Part shown: positions 9,498-19,489 of the stretch, one piece after another | How positions within the stretch are numbered: the stretch's first letter is position 1 | Layout: each line of letters begins with the position of its first letter | DNA from: an uncultured Nitrospinaceae bacterium | GTDB lineage: Bacteria > UBA8248 | Assembly (NCBI GenBank): GCA_964005815.1 | Contig: CAXFSR010000017.1 | Span: forward strand, 173,401-237,400 | Length of the DNA stretch: 64,000 nucleotides | Direction of reading: 5' to 3' | The notes under the pieces: model-generated | Seen by the model: the letters and a program-made list of their open reading frames with translations, nothing else | Database searches by the model: none | Told to the model about the DNA's origin: nothing | Made by a program: the position numbers and the translations under genes

Positions 9498-11780
9498 ATG
9501 AATGAGTTAAAAAGAACAACATTTACAACTTGTTCCCCCCATTGCGGAAATAATCCCTGTAGTTTTGAGGTTGAAACCAAAGGGGAGGAAATTTCATCAT
9601 TTCGTGCAAATCCAAGAATGGATATTAAGCCCTGTATCAAAGGATTTCAGATACCTGATAGATATAATCACCCGGATAGAATTTTATACCCGATGAAAAG
9701 GATTGGGAAAAAAGGAAGTGGCAAAAACGGATATAATACTTTTGAGAGAATTTCATGGGATGAAGCTATAACATCTATCGCGGATGGCTTAAACGCTGCA
9801 AAGGTTAAGAGTGGAAATGACAGTATTTTATTATACAACTATTCATCTCAACATACTCTTCCCGGCGGGAGAGATGGAGCACCTGCAACTATTATGAGAC
9901 TTTTAAATCTATGGGGTGGAGCAATAGAAGCCTTCAATAGAGGAAGTCTTTGCTGGAGCGCTTTCTTAGGTGGGAGTGATGACGTTCTTGGACAGTGGCA
10001 AATAAAAAATAAAAAAAGCGACAATTGTGATTGGATTATTCTTTGGGGGAACAATCCTGTTGAAACTGGATACAGAGGATTGACACAATCTCTTCAAGAA
10101 GCGAAACGCAAGGGAACAAAATTCATAGTAATAGACCCAATGAAAACTAAAACAGTTCAACGGTTCGCCGATATTCATATTCCCATTGAACCTTCTACCG
10201 ATACTGCGCTAGCACTTGGGGTCCTAAAAATTGTACTCGAAGAACAATATTTAGATAAAGACTTTCTTGCGAAAAGGACAAATGCCCCTTTCCTAGTCAA
10301 AAAATCTACTGGCAAATTTATAACCGATAGAAATGGAGACCCTTTAGTTTGGGACGAAAAGTTAGACGCATTAGTTTCTTACAAAGTTTCTCAAAAACCT
10401 ATGATTGATACAGAAAAAAATATAAATGGAGAAAAATGCACAACTTCATTTAAGCTACTACAAAATGCTTCCCAAAAATGGACCGAAGAAGCTGTAGAAA
10501 AAGAATGTGGGATACCTTCATCTAGTGTACATCAAATTGCTTATGCACTTAAAAATGGAAAAATAATAGTTTATTACGGTGCCTACCAAAGAACGTTAAA
10601 AGGGGAAAATGCGGTCAGGGCTTTACATATTTTAAATCTGATAAGCGGAGCAATTGATGGAGTTATAAATCATGGCTCAACATATACAGACACTCATTTT
10701 GATAGAGCAACAGAATCAGGATTATCAAAGATAATGGCAGAAAATTGGTCAGTACCAAATCCAGTTAAAAGAACTATACCAGTAGGCAAAATTGCAGAAG
10801 CAATCCTAAATCCTGATTCTTACGGGGGAGCCATCCACGCTGGTTTATTTATGTGGGGCAATCCTATAGGACAAGGAGGAAATTCTAATAAAACAAAAAA
10901 AGCATTACTTTCTCTCGATTTTTGCGCTGTGTCAGAAATTTTTCTCACTCCAACCGCCAAATGTGCAGATATAATAATTCCTGCTTCAACTTGGCTAGAA
11001 CGTTCCACTATCACTGAAGGTATGAGTGTGGGCGCAACGTTTTATCACCTCATTGAAGAAAGAAAACCAAAACACCAGATTTTTTATTCTCCTGGCGTAC
11101 TTAAACCATTAGGAGAATCAAAAGATGATTTTGATTTTGTATGTTTACTTGCTGAAAAAATGGGATTCAGAAAAGAATTCCCATGGGCTGATTCTAAACA
11201 ATGGATTGAAAATTTAGTTGATCTTGCTAGAAAAGATTCTCGATTTCCTTGGTTTGAGAAAATTACCACAGAAAAACTAGAAAAGAATGGAGTCCTCACC
11301 TTAGATATTCCTAGAGCAAATTCTTCATGGGACCTTAAAACAAAACACGGCCGCGCCCAGATTTATTTTGAAAATAAGACCCATTCTGTTCCGGAATATT
11401 TTTCGTCAGAAGAATTACTTGAATCTAAACAAATGAAATATCCGCTTAAACTGATAACCCCAAAAACTTATTTCCGTGCTAGTTCAACATTTAACAATGC
11501 AAACAAACTTCTCAGACATGACTTTAACGTTGCTACAATTAATAAAGAAGATGCAAAGAAACGTGACATAAAAAACGGAGATTACATACGCTTATTTAAT
11601 GACTTTGGTGAGACTAAATTTGTTGCTAAGACTACTGACGTTATTCGAAAGGGAGTTGTTCATATCCCTGCTGGCGGAAATGAAGAATTAGGAATGGCAA
11701 ACGAATTAACCGGCGATATGCTTTCTGAATACGAAAACGCTACCTTTAACAGTTACAGAATAGAACTCGAAAGAATTTAA
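9498..11780 (+). CDS. molybdopterin (bis-MGD) oxidoreductase, DmsA-like type II, stand-alone, no Tat signal
   Basis: 760 aa. N-terminal Cys cluster TCSPHCGNNPC (Cx3Cx4C) plus a distal Cys, and the DmsA-like block DRYNHPDRILYPMKRIGKKGSGKN...FERISWDEA. No RRxF twin-arginine leader and no adjacent FeS or membrane subunit. Confidence 0.85.
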   Translation: MNELKRTTFTTCSPHCGNNPCSFEVETKGEEISSFRANPRMDIKPCIKGFQIPDRYNHPDRILYPMKRIGKKGSGKNGYNTFERISWDEAITSIADGLNAAKVKSGNDSILLYNYSSQHTLPGGRDGAPATIMRLLNLWGGAIEAFNRGSLCWSAFLGGSDDVLGQWQIKNKKSDNCDWIILWGNNPVETGYRGLTQSLQEAKRKGTKFIVIDPMKTKTVQRFADIHIPIEPSTDTALALGVLKIVLEEQYLDKDFLAKRTNAPFLVKKSTGKFITDRNGDPLVWDEKLDALVSYKVSQKPMIDTEKNINGEKCTTSFKLLQNASQKWTEEAVEKECGIPSSSVHQIAYALKNGKIIVYYGAYQRTLKGENAVRALHILNLISGAIDGVINHGSTYTDTHFDRATESGLSKIMAENWSVPNPVKRTIPVGKIAEAILNPDSYGGAIHAGLFMWGNPIGQGGNSNKTKKALLSLDFCAVSEIFLTPTAKCADIIIPASTWLERSTITEGMSVGATFYHLIEERKPKHQIFYSPGVLKPLGESKDDFDFVCLLAEKMGFRKEFPWADSKQWIENLVDLARKDSRFPWFEKITTEKLEKNGVLTLDIPRANSSWDLKTKHGRAQIYFENKTHSVPEYFSSEELLESKQMKYPLKLITPKTYFRASSTFNNANKLLRHDFNVATINKEDAKKRDIKNGDYIRLFNDFGETKFVAKTTDVIRKGVVHIPAGGNEELGMANELTGDMLSEYENATFNSYRIELERI

Positions 11781-11802
11781 TGAAAAGTATAGTTCTCATT
11801 AC

Positions 11803-12693
11803 TTATTTACTTGGGATCCCCGCTAATCTTCTAAAGATTTCTATGATAGACCCTGTATCTGATTCACCTAAACCGCTTTGCTCCGCTGCCTGAAGAACTT
11901 GCAGATGTATTTGACTTAACAAAGTCGGCGAAGCAAGTTTTTGTCCTTGTTCGAGAATAAGTCTGACATCTTTATGATGTTGTTTAATCCTAGAAATGGG
12001 AGGATCATATGCAGCATTTATCATTATTTCTCCTCTAGTATCCATAGCTTTACTATAAGCTGCGCTATCTTTCAAAACCTTTAATAATGTCTCTGTATCC
12101 ATTTCTGCTTTCATTCCCATTACTAAACCTTCTGCAAGAACTAACCTATTTAATCCTAGAACTTGATTTACTATTAATTTTGTTCTTGCACCCGCTCCGT
12201 TTGAGCCAAGATGGTAAATAGACCTACTAAACACTTCCAAAACCTCTTTTGCTTTAGAAAATGCATCCTTATCGCCTCCTACCATCGCAACCATATTTCT
12301 TTTGAGTACATCTGGACTTCCACCACTTAGACTAGCATCTAAGAATTGAAATCCATTTTTTTGCATATCTGAACCAGTTTCTATTGAATCTTCTGGTCTG
12401 GATGTAGAAGTATCAATGACTATTAATCCCTTATTATTAGATTCGCAAATTCCGTCTTTCCCAAGACAAACTTCTCGCACTACTTCACTATAAAGCAAGG
12501 ATGTAATAACAAAATCAGCTCCAGTTGCAGCCTCTTTAGGTGAAGAAACACTTTTTCCTCCTTCCGAAACCAATTCATCCACCCTATTTTGGTCAATATC
12601 ATAACCTTGAATGTTAAATTTAGCTTCGATTAATTTTTTACTCATCGCCAAACCCATGAGACCAAGACCGATTACGCCTACTGCTTTAGACAT
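11803..12693 (-). CDS. NAD-binding 3-hydroxyisobutyrate/6-phosphogluconate dehydrogenase-like (HIBADH family)
   Basis: N-terminal VGVIGLGLMGLAMSKKL Rossmann motif. 296 aa, typical beta-hydroxyacid dehydrogenase architecture. Confidence 0.8.
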   Translation of the reverse strand: MSKAVGVIGLGLMGLAMSKKLIEAKFNIQGYDIDQNRVDELVSEGGKSVSSPKEAATGADFVITSLLYSEVVREVCLGKDGICESNNKGLIVIDTSTSRPEDSIETGSDMQKNGFQFLDASLSGGSPDVLKRNMVAMVGGDKDAFSKAKEVLEVFSRSIYHLGSNGAGARTKLIVNQVLGLNRLVLAEGLVMGMKAEMDTETLLKVLKDSAAYSKAMDTRGEIMINAAYDPPISRIKQHHKDVRLILEQGQKLASPTLLSQIHLQVLQAAEQSGLGESDTGSIIEIFRRLAGIPSK

Positions 12694-12717
12694 TGTTATC
12701 TCCTCATATTAAAAATC

Positions 12718-13851
12718 TTAGAATTTAGGCCTTCCATACTTAGCATAACCCGTCATTTCAACAAAACCTACTCCATTCACAGATACCCCTTGACTAAAAC
12801 CTTCTACATTTATTCCACCTTCCCAATAAATAATTTGAGTACTCTTTGTAGTATCTAGTTCCTGTTTTTCATGCAAAGCTTTTATTTTTAGATTAATATT
12901 ATATTTAGGCACTTCTATCACCCATTCAACTGGGTATAAAGCTTTGCTTTTTTTACTTTTCCAAAAATTTTTATTCTTAATTGTAAAATCATATAGAGAA
13001 AGATGTATCACACTACCATCACCTAAAATTAGTGATCCACTACTTGTAAGATCATAACTTCCACTTTTGTTTCGCATAAGATAAAGCATTAATTCAGTAT
13101 TGTTTGAGAGTTGAATACTAAACCAATCCCAACCGATCTGTTCTTTTCCAAGTTGATTAGAACCAAATTCATGATCCATCCAAGCCGAACCATTAACAGA
13201 AATTCTTTCACCTTCTATAGAAAGAGAACCATTAACTTTTAATCTTGTATACGAATAATAATGTGAAGCTTGGCCAACTCCAGCAGATTTCTGACTAATT
13301 CCATTTGTCCCATGAATTACAGGATTTTTTTGTGGTTCTAATTTAAAATCAAGATATAATTTATCTTGTTTTGCAAAAATTAATATTTTATTCGTTTGTT
13401 CTTGATCCTCAATTTCTGCCTTCCAATCATCTATCCATACTTTAAATTTTTCTGTGGATGCACCTGCTTGACCAAGTGCCCCTCTGCTAAATTTTTCTGA
13501 AAAATAATGTTTGTTTTTTTTTGCACTGTAAACGGAAAAATGAGAGAAGTACAAATTATTAAGTGCCCATCTACTCCTATTCACTTCAGATTTTTTTTCT
13601 AAACGTAATCCCCTTCTAAAAAAAGTTAACATAAAAGAATACTTATTTCCGCTTTCATCTTTTACATTGCCAGAAAAATACCACCATTCAATTTTAAAAT
13701 TCGGATGAGATCGGTGTTCGTTTGGAAAATCATACTTATATCCAGGAAGAGCTAATTTCCATTTATTTGCAAACACAACAGGTGCAGGAATTAATATCAA
13801 AAACGTTAAAAAATAAATTAAACATCGAATTAGTAAAAAATGTGTCATCAT
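12718..13851 (-). CDS. AttH-like secreted lipoprotein (CrtC/hydroxyneurosporene-synthase-like, lipocalin-like domain), ABC-transporter associated
   Basis: N-terminal hydrophobic signal/anchor (LLIRCLIYFLTFLILIPAPVVFA). The WWYFSG motif is characteristic of the COG5621/AttH family. 4-nt ATGA overlap with the upstream FtsX permease. Confidence 0.65.
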   Translation of the reverse strand: MMTHFLLIRCLIYFLTFLILIPAPVVFANKWKLALPGYKYDFPNEHRSHPNFKIEWWYFSGNVKDESGNKYSFMLTFFRRGLRLEKKSEVNRSRWALNNLYFSHFSVYSAKKNKHYFSEKFSRGALGQAGASTEKFKVWIDDWKAEIEDQEQTNKILIFAKQDKLYLDFKLEPQKNPVIHGTNGISQKSAGVGQASHYYSYTRLKVNGSLSIEGERISVNGSAWMDHEFGSNQLGKEQIGWDWFSIQLSNNTELMLYLMRNKSGSYDLTSSGSLILGDGSVIHLSLYDFTIKNKNFWKSKKSKALYPVEWVIEVPKYNINLKIKALHEKQELDTTKSTQIIYWEGGINVEGFSQGVSVNGVGFVEMTGYAKYGRPKF

Positions 13852-16427
13852 TCTGCTCTCAGTGCATTTTTAATTTCTGTCTTCGCAGCTATTCTAGAAG
13901 GAATAGTTCCCGCTAAAAGTGAAGATAAATATACAAAGAAAAGATAAATAAAAACGCTATAAAAAGAAAAATCAAAATAAATTGTCCAACCAAAACTCTG
14001 CTTATTGATAACAAAAATCAAAATTCCTGCTAAGAAATAACCAGAAATCGTTCCCAGAAAACAGGCAAAAAAACCGAGAAATCCAGATTCAAAAATTACG
14101 GAAAAAATTGTTCCAACTCTATTCATACCTATTGCACGAAGAGTTCCTATTTCTCTTCTTCTATCTAAAATATTAGAACTTAGATTTGTAGCAACCCCCA
14201 AAATTGCTACTAAGATTGCGATAGCTTCTAAAACATACGTAATCGAAAAAGTCTGATCGAAAACATCAAAAACTCTTTTCTTAAGACCAGAATTATTCAG
14301 AAGTATAAAGTTAGATGGTAGAGTTTTTCTTATCTTATCAAATAATTTATCCTTACTAGTTCCATTCTTTAAATAAATAGCAATAGAATTCAGGGTATAA
14401 TCGTTCCAAAGTTCTTGATAAAAATCTTGATCAATGATTACCCTCCCTCCTTCCGTGGTGTAATCGTAAAAAACACCCTTTATTTCTATTTGAATTTTTC
14501 CCCGAGGAGTAGGCAACACGATGGTGTCCCCTTTCTTGATTTTAAATCGATTTGAGAAGGTCTCAGTTATGATTGCTCCTCTGTGTTTTTTAGCTCGTCT
14601 TAAAATTTCTTTTGAATTACCATCTAAAAATAAAAGATTGCCAAAATCTGCAACGATATTAAAATTTCCTGAACCGACTTCAATGTTACTTTCTTTCCAA
14701 AAAACTTTAATACTTCTATAACCATCTACTGCTGTAATCTCCTCTAAATTCTTTAATTCAATAATTTCTTTTTTCATAAAACCAGCTTGCGAACCTTTTA
14801 TAAAATTCGATGCGGGTGCAGAATAAAAATCTGCTCTTAGAGTTTGCTCAGTCCATATAGAAACCGTTTCTCGAAAACTATTAATCATTACCACTAAACT
14901 AACGAGCATAGCTACAGCTACGGACAAAGATGCAACAGTAACAACATTTCTCGAGAGATGTCTTCGTATATTGTGTGATGCAAGAGATATTAATTTAAAC
15001 TTATAAAAAATAGATTTAAAAATTAAAGAGGTATAAAAAACAACTATAAAACTAATCGAAGAAATAGATGCAATAAGAAATAAAGCAGAAAGATATCCAA
15101 AAATTGGAACACCATTCCAAGGTGCAAATCGAGATGTAATATAAGAAAGAAATATCATGATTATTGTAAAAATAATGAACCGATACATATAAAAATCAGG
15201 AAGAACAATAGATGGAAATCTAACTCTAATGCCCCGTGAAGGATCAATTTTTCCAGCCTTAATCGCTGGCCATAAAGACGAAAAGAAGGACCCTACTACC
15301 CCTATACACATGGCGATTATAAGTTCAAATATAGAAGGACTGACATCTGTTACGTACAAAAAAGTATAGAGATTCTGGATTGTCTTTGTAACAATAAATA
15401 GAACACCCCTAGAAAAAATAAAAGCTAAAACAACTCCCAAGCAAGAACCAGCTAAACCAATACAAATTGCCTCCATGCAAATTAAAATAGTTCCCTGCAA
15501 AGAAGTTAAACCAAGAGATCTCAAGGTTGCAATCTCCTTCGTACGTCTAATAACTGATGCAGACATAGAATTAAAGATTAGGAAAAAACCTACTAGAACA
15601 GAAATAAAACTTAGAACTTTTAGATTTAATTGAAACGAACCTAACATTTTCTGTACATCAGACCCACGTCTTTCAGGTCTATCTACTATCAATCCACTCG
15701 GAATTTTTAATTGTATCAAACGTTTCATGTGGTCTGTTTTTTTATTGTCTTTTAGAACTATATCTATACGATCTAAATATCCTAATCTATTAAAAGATGC
15801 TTGAGCGTCACCTATATCCATAACTACGAGCATTCCGCCCATTGAGTTTGATAATTTATTCTTTTTTAAAATTCCTCTAACCTCAAATTCTTGATAGTTT
15901 GCAGACTCTATTTTCACAAAAGACCCTATTCCAACACCAAGAACATTTGCTAATTCCTTACCTATAAACAAACCGTTACGATTTTCTAAACTAGACAATA
16001 CATCTTCGGTTGAAATAATTTTTTCTACTTCATAAAGACGAAAATTCTCTCTTGCGAGAATATCGACTCCTAGAAGCAAAGCTGGTTTTTGGGAAGATTT
16101 AACAGAATTTTCTTTGTCTAGAGCGTTTTTTATTAATACCGTCTGTTGAATAACAGGAGATAAATTTTCAATTTGTGTTAATTTCAAAAGTTTAATAAAT
16201 GTTTCCTCAGGCACACCTAATCCACTACCTAAAACTTGAAGATTAGTTTTTCCGGAAATTGCATCTAAACTATTTTGAAAAGCTCTAAGAGAAGCATTAT
16301 TTGCAAGTTGAATCGATAAATAAACAGATACTCCTAAAGCTACTCCTAGAACAGTGAGAATAAACCTATATCGTTCTATTCTTAAGTAACGTAAAAATAA
16401 AGTTTTAAAGATTTTAATTAAGAACAA
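13848..16427 (-). CDS. ABC transporter permease with two FtsX domains (MacB/LolE-like, AttF/G-type)
   Basis: 859 aa with two 4-TM FtsX-like blocks separated by large extracytoplasmic domains. Apparent TTG start immediately abutting the ATPase TGA (TGATTG). Confidence 0.8.
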   Translation of the reverse strand: MFLIKIFKTLFLRYLRIERYRFILTVLGVALGVSVYLSIQLANNASLRAFQNSLDAISGKTNLQVLGSGLGVPEETFIKLLKLTQIENLSPVIQQTVLIKNALDKENSVKSSQKPALLLGVDILARENFRLYEVEKIISTEDVLSSLENRNGLFIGKELANVLGVGIGSFVKIESANYQEFEVRGILKKNKLSNSMGGMLVVMDIGDAQASFNRLGYLDRIDIVLKDNKKTDHMKRLIQLKIPSGLIVDRPERRGSDVQKMLGSFQLNLKVLSFISVLVGFFLIFNSMSASVIRRTKEIATLRSLGLTSLQGTILICMEAICIGLAGSCLGVVLAFIFSRGVLFIVTKTIQNLYTFLYVTDVSPSIFELIIAMCIGVVGSFFSSLWPAIKAGKIDPSRGIRVRFPSIVLPDFYMYRFIIFTIIMIFLSYITSRFAPWNGVPIFGYLSALFLIASISSISFIVVFYTSLIFKSIFYKFKLISLASHNIRRHLSRNVVTVASLSVAVAMLVSLVVMINSFRETVSIWTEQTLRADFYSAPASNFIKGSQAGFMKKEIIELKNLEEITAVDGYRSIKVFWKESNIEVGSGNFNIVADFGNLLFLDGNSKEILRRAKKHRGAIITETFSNRFKIKKGDTIVLPTPRGKIQIEIKGVFYDYTTEGGRVIIDQDFYQELWNDYTLNSIAIYLKNGTSKDKLFDKIRKTLPSNFILLNNSGLKKRVFDVFDQTFSITYVLEAIAILVAILGVATNLSSNILDRRREIGTLRAIGMNRVGTIFSVIFESGFLGFFACFLGTISGYFLAGILIFVINKQSFGWTIYFDFSFYSVFIYLFFVYLSSLLAGTIPSRIAAKTEIKNALRAE

Positions 16428-17135
16428 TCAAGAAACCTCTTCCCCTAACCTTCCATCTCTAATTTCAACTCTTCGTGATGCAGAAAACAAAGCCATAGGA
16501 TCATGACTTACCATCAAAACCGTCACATGACCTTCTTTAGATAAATTAGAGATTAATTCTAAAATTTCCTTTCCTCGATTTGAGTCTAGATTCCCTGTCG
16601 GTTCATCTGCAAGCAACAGAGAAGGGGAATTTATAAACGCTCTTGCTATAGCAACTCGCTGCATCTCTCCACCTGAAAGTTGTTGAGGCAAAAAATTCAT
16701 CCTATTCTCAAGACCGACTTTGATTAACAGATCACCAGACTTTTTCTCTATTTCTTTTTTGTTTTTTCCTGCTAAAACTAAAGGTAAAGATACATTTTCA
16801 ATCGCACTCATTGTAGGCATTAGATTAAAGAACTGATGAACAAAACCAATTTCTTCACGCCTCATCTTACTCAGTTCTCTATCATGAAAATTTACAACAT
16901 TTTTTCCGTTTATAATTATTTCTCCTGATGTTGGAGAATCAATACAACCAATTAAATTTAAAAGAGTACTCTTTCCCGAACCACTAGGGCCAGAAATAGA
17001 AAGAAATTCCCCCTTTTCAACTTTTAAATCAATATTTTCTACTGCATTAAAACGAAATGTTCCTTGAATATATTCTTTGGTAATTTTTTTTAGACTAACT
17101 ATCAAAAAGAACTCCATTTTTATAGTAAAATACAC
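16428..17135 (-). CDS. ABC transporter ATP-binding protein (LolD/MacB-ATPase type)
   Basis: Walker A GPSGSGKST, ABC signature LSGGEMQRVAIARA, Walker B LLLADEPTGNLD. The true start may be the internal Met (MEFFLIV) at 17115-17117. Confidence 0.85.
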   Translation of the reverse strand: MYFTIKMEFFLIVSLKKITKEYIQGTFRFNAVENIDLKVEKGEFLSISGPSGSGKSTLLNLIGCIDSPTSGEIIINGKNVVNFHDRELSKMRREEIGFVHQFFNLMPTMSAIENVSLPLVLAGKNKKEIEKKSGDLLIKVGLENRMNFLPQQLSGGEMQRVAIARAFINSPSLLLADEPTGNLDSNRGKEILELISNLSKEGHVTVLMVSHDPMALFSASRRVEIRDGRLGEEVS

Positions 17136-17179
17136 GTAGATTTATATATGAGAAAAATAATTTTAAAAAGGACATTCTA

Positions 17180-17593
17180 ATGTTTAAATCTATTTCAAAT
17201 ATCTTTTTGATTTGTAAAGACTTAGAAAAATCAAGAAAGTTTTACTCAGATATTTTAGAACTAAAAGAGAAAAAAAGAGAAAGAGATTTTATAAAATATG
17301 AAATTGGTGAAAATTGTCTTGTAATCCATGCTCCAATAAAAGATGAAACAATGGAAGAATGGAATCTAAAACCAGTCAATAAGGACAGGGGTTCAGGAGT
17401 GATTCTCACTTTAGTCCCTGAAAATTTAGAAAATACATATCAAAAGATATTAAAAAACAAAGGGAAGATTCTTTTTCCGCCAAAAGATGTTTCATGGGGA
17501 TATAGAATTTTTATGATAGAAGACCCTAACGGATTTGTGATAGAAATAGGCGAAAAGTCTCATCAAGAAGAACTTACAAACCCTCGAAAATAG
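17180..17593 (+). CDS. VOC (glyoxalase/bleomycin-resistance/dioxygenase) family protein
   Basis: 137 aa, paired beta-alpha-beta-beta-beta module pattern typical of the VOC fold. Low-information call. Confidence 0.65.
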   Translation: MFKSISNIFLICKDLEKSRKFYSDILELKEKKRERDFIKYEIGENCLVIHAPIKDETMEEWNLKPVNKDRGSGVILTLVPENLENTYQKILKNKGKILFPPKDVSWGYRIFMIEDPNGFVIEIGEKSHQEELTNPRK

Positions 17594-18455
17594 AAGTTTC
17601 TTCACCTTTTAATGGTTTTTTACTTTTTACGCAAACAAAAGTTTCTTCGCCATACAACCATCTACCCGTCAAGCGTACAAACCACCAAAAGAAGTTTCCT
17701 GTTATTTGACTCTTATGTTGAACTAGTGCTTTCCATTTTTTCCCTAAAAAAGATCTTATATCTATGTATGTAGTAATTTCATGATCGGGAACACCATATT
17801 TGTCTTCTCTAAAATCTGGATCGTCCAAAGGAGTTTTTGCACCAAAAAATTTCATCCACTTCCATGTTTTAATCATTTTTGATCTTGCCCAGGCAGTATA
17901 ATAAATTTTTTCAACTTTCCAGCAATTTAATTCTTCAGTGATAAATGTAGAATCCTCAGATAGCCTTATCGCTTCGCTAGTGACCTTGTGAGTCATAATA
18001 TGATCTGGATGTCCATAGCCACCTCTTTCGTTATAAGTAATAACGACATGAGGCCTATGTTTTCTAATAAGGAAAGCTACCTTTTGTGAGACCACCGATA
18101 AATCTGCATTCATAAAAGCCTCACTATTATCATTACTATCCCAACCATCCATTCCCGAATCTTTATATCCAAGGGTATATAATCTTTGCACACCCAATAT
18201 TTTTGTAGCTTTTTTTAATTCCGAAATACGAATTTCTCCTAATCGTTCTTGTGGTGATGACGCACTTTTGATGTCTTTCTCAAGACTCCTATCTTTGATT
18301 TCTCCCATTTCTCCATTAGTACATGTAACAAGTATAACTTCATGTCCATCTTTTACAGATTTGATAATTAATCCACCTGTAGAACTACATTCATCGTCTG
18401 GATGAGCGTGTACTATTAGTAACGAATACGAAGATTTTTGTTGGTTAGATTTCAA
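17574..18455 (-). CDS. PIG-L/LmbE-family N-acetylglucosaminyl deacetylase (MshB/BshB-like)
   Basis: N-terminal LLIVHAHPDDECSSTGG carries the HPDDE zinc-binding signature of the LmbE family. 293 aa. Confidence 0.75.
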   Translation of the reverse strand: MKSNQQKSSYSLLIVHAHPDDECSSTGGLIIKSVKDGHEVILVTCTNGEMGEIKDRSLEKDIKSASSPQERLGEIRISELKKATKILGVQRLYTLGYKDSGMDGWDSNDNSEAFMNADLSVVSQKVAFLIRKHRPHVVITYNERGGYGHPDHIMTHKVTSEAIRLSEDSTFITEELNCWKVEKIYYTAWARSKMIKTWKWMKFFGAKTPLDDPDFREDKYGVPDHEITTYIDIRSFLGKKWKALVQHKSQITGNFFWWFVRLTGRWLYGEETFVCVKSKKPLKGEETSIFEGL

Positions 18456-18471
18456 AATAGAAGAAAAAAAT

Positions 18472-19488
18472 CTATTGATGTTCCCAAATATCGCCTGTTC
18501 TTAAAAGACTATCTAAATCAGGATCTTTCTTAGATTGCGCATCTTTTACTTGACTTTCTACACCTTGTTCAAAGACCGGTCTATTAATTTGCCTTAGTAT
18601 TCCAAGTGGTACAGGACCCCCTTCAGTTTCCATTCTACTCAACATATAAGCGTATGCGCCTGTTTCCTCTTTTTGGTCATGAACTATTACCTGACCAGAA
18701 TCTGCAGAAACTGTTGTGCAATTATATCCATCAAAGGCTATACCCTTTCTATCTTCTTTCGGACCATAAAGAAGAGGTTGTCCATCTTCTAAATAAACGA
18801 CGTTTTCTTCCTTAACACCTTTTTCCGTATATTGACTCCAGGCACCATCATTAAAAACAATACAATTTTGTAAAATTTCTACAAATGCGGTTCCTTCATG
18901 CTCAGCGGCCGCTTTTAAAATAGAACCCATATGCTTTTGATCTCTATCTACAGTCCTTGCGATAAAAGTACATTCTGCACCAAGTGCTAATGTAAGTGGA
19001 TGTAGAGGAGCATCGATGGAACCAACCGGCGTTGATTTTGTTTTAGAACCAATTAAAGAAGTAGGAGAATATTGCCCTTTGGTTAGACCATAAATACGAT
19101 TATTAAACAGTAGAATCTTCACTCCAACATTTCTACGCATTGTATGTATTAAATGATTCCCTCCAATACTTAGAGCATCACCATCTCCAGAGATAACCCA
19201 TACAGAAAGATCTGGCTGAGTAACCTTCATGCCAGTAGCAAATGAAGGAGCTCGACCATGTATAGTATGAAAACCATATGTATTCATATAATAAGGAAAC
19301 CTTGCTGCACAGCCTATTCCACCTACAAATACAAAATTTTCTCTGGGAATTTCTAATTCCGGCAAAACCTTCTGCATCTGAGCTAAAATCGCATAATCAC
19401 CACAACCAGGACACCATCTAACTACTTGATTAGATTGAAAATCTTTTCGTGTTAATCCTAATCCTTCTACCTCAACTTTTGCTTCCAA
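18472..19488 (-). CDS. korB: 2-oxoacid:ferredoxin oxidoreductase beta subunit (TPP-binding)
   Basis: CPGCGDY and GDGD...G.N (TPP-binding) motifs. 338 aa. Confidence 0.85.
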   Translation of the reverse strand: MEAKVEVEGLGLTRKDFQSNQVVRWCPGCGDYAILAQMQKVLPELEIPRENFVFVGGIGCAARFPYYMNTYGFHTIHGRAPSFATGMKVTQPDLSVWVISGDGDALSIGGNHLIHTMRRNVGVKILLFNNRIYGLTKGQYSPTSLIGSKTKSTPVGSIDAPLHPLTLALGAECTFIARTVDRDQKHMGSILKAAAEHEGTAFVEILQNCIVFNDGAWSQYTEKGVKEENVVYLEDGQPLLYGPKEDRKGIAFDGYNCTTVSADSGQVIVHDQKEETGAYAYMLSRMETEGGPVPLGILRQINRPVFEQGVESQVKDAQSKKDPDLDSLLRTGDIWEHQ

Positions 19489-19489
19489 T

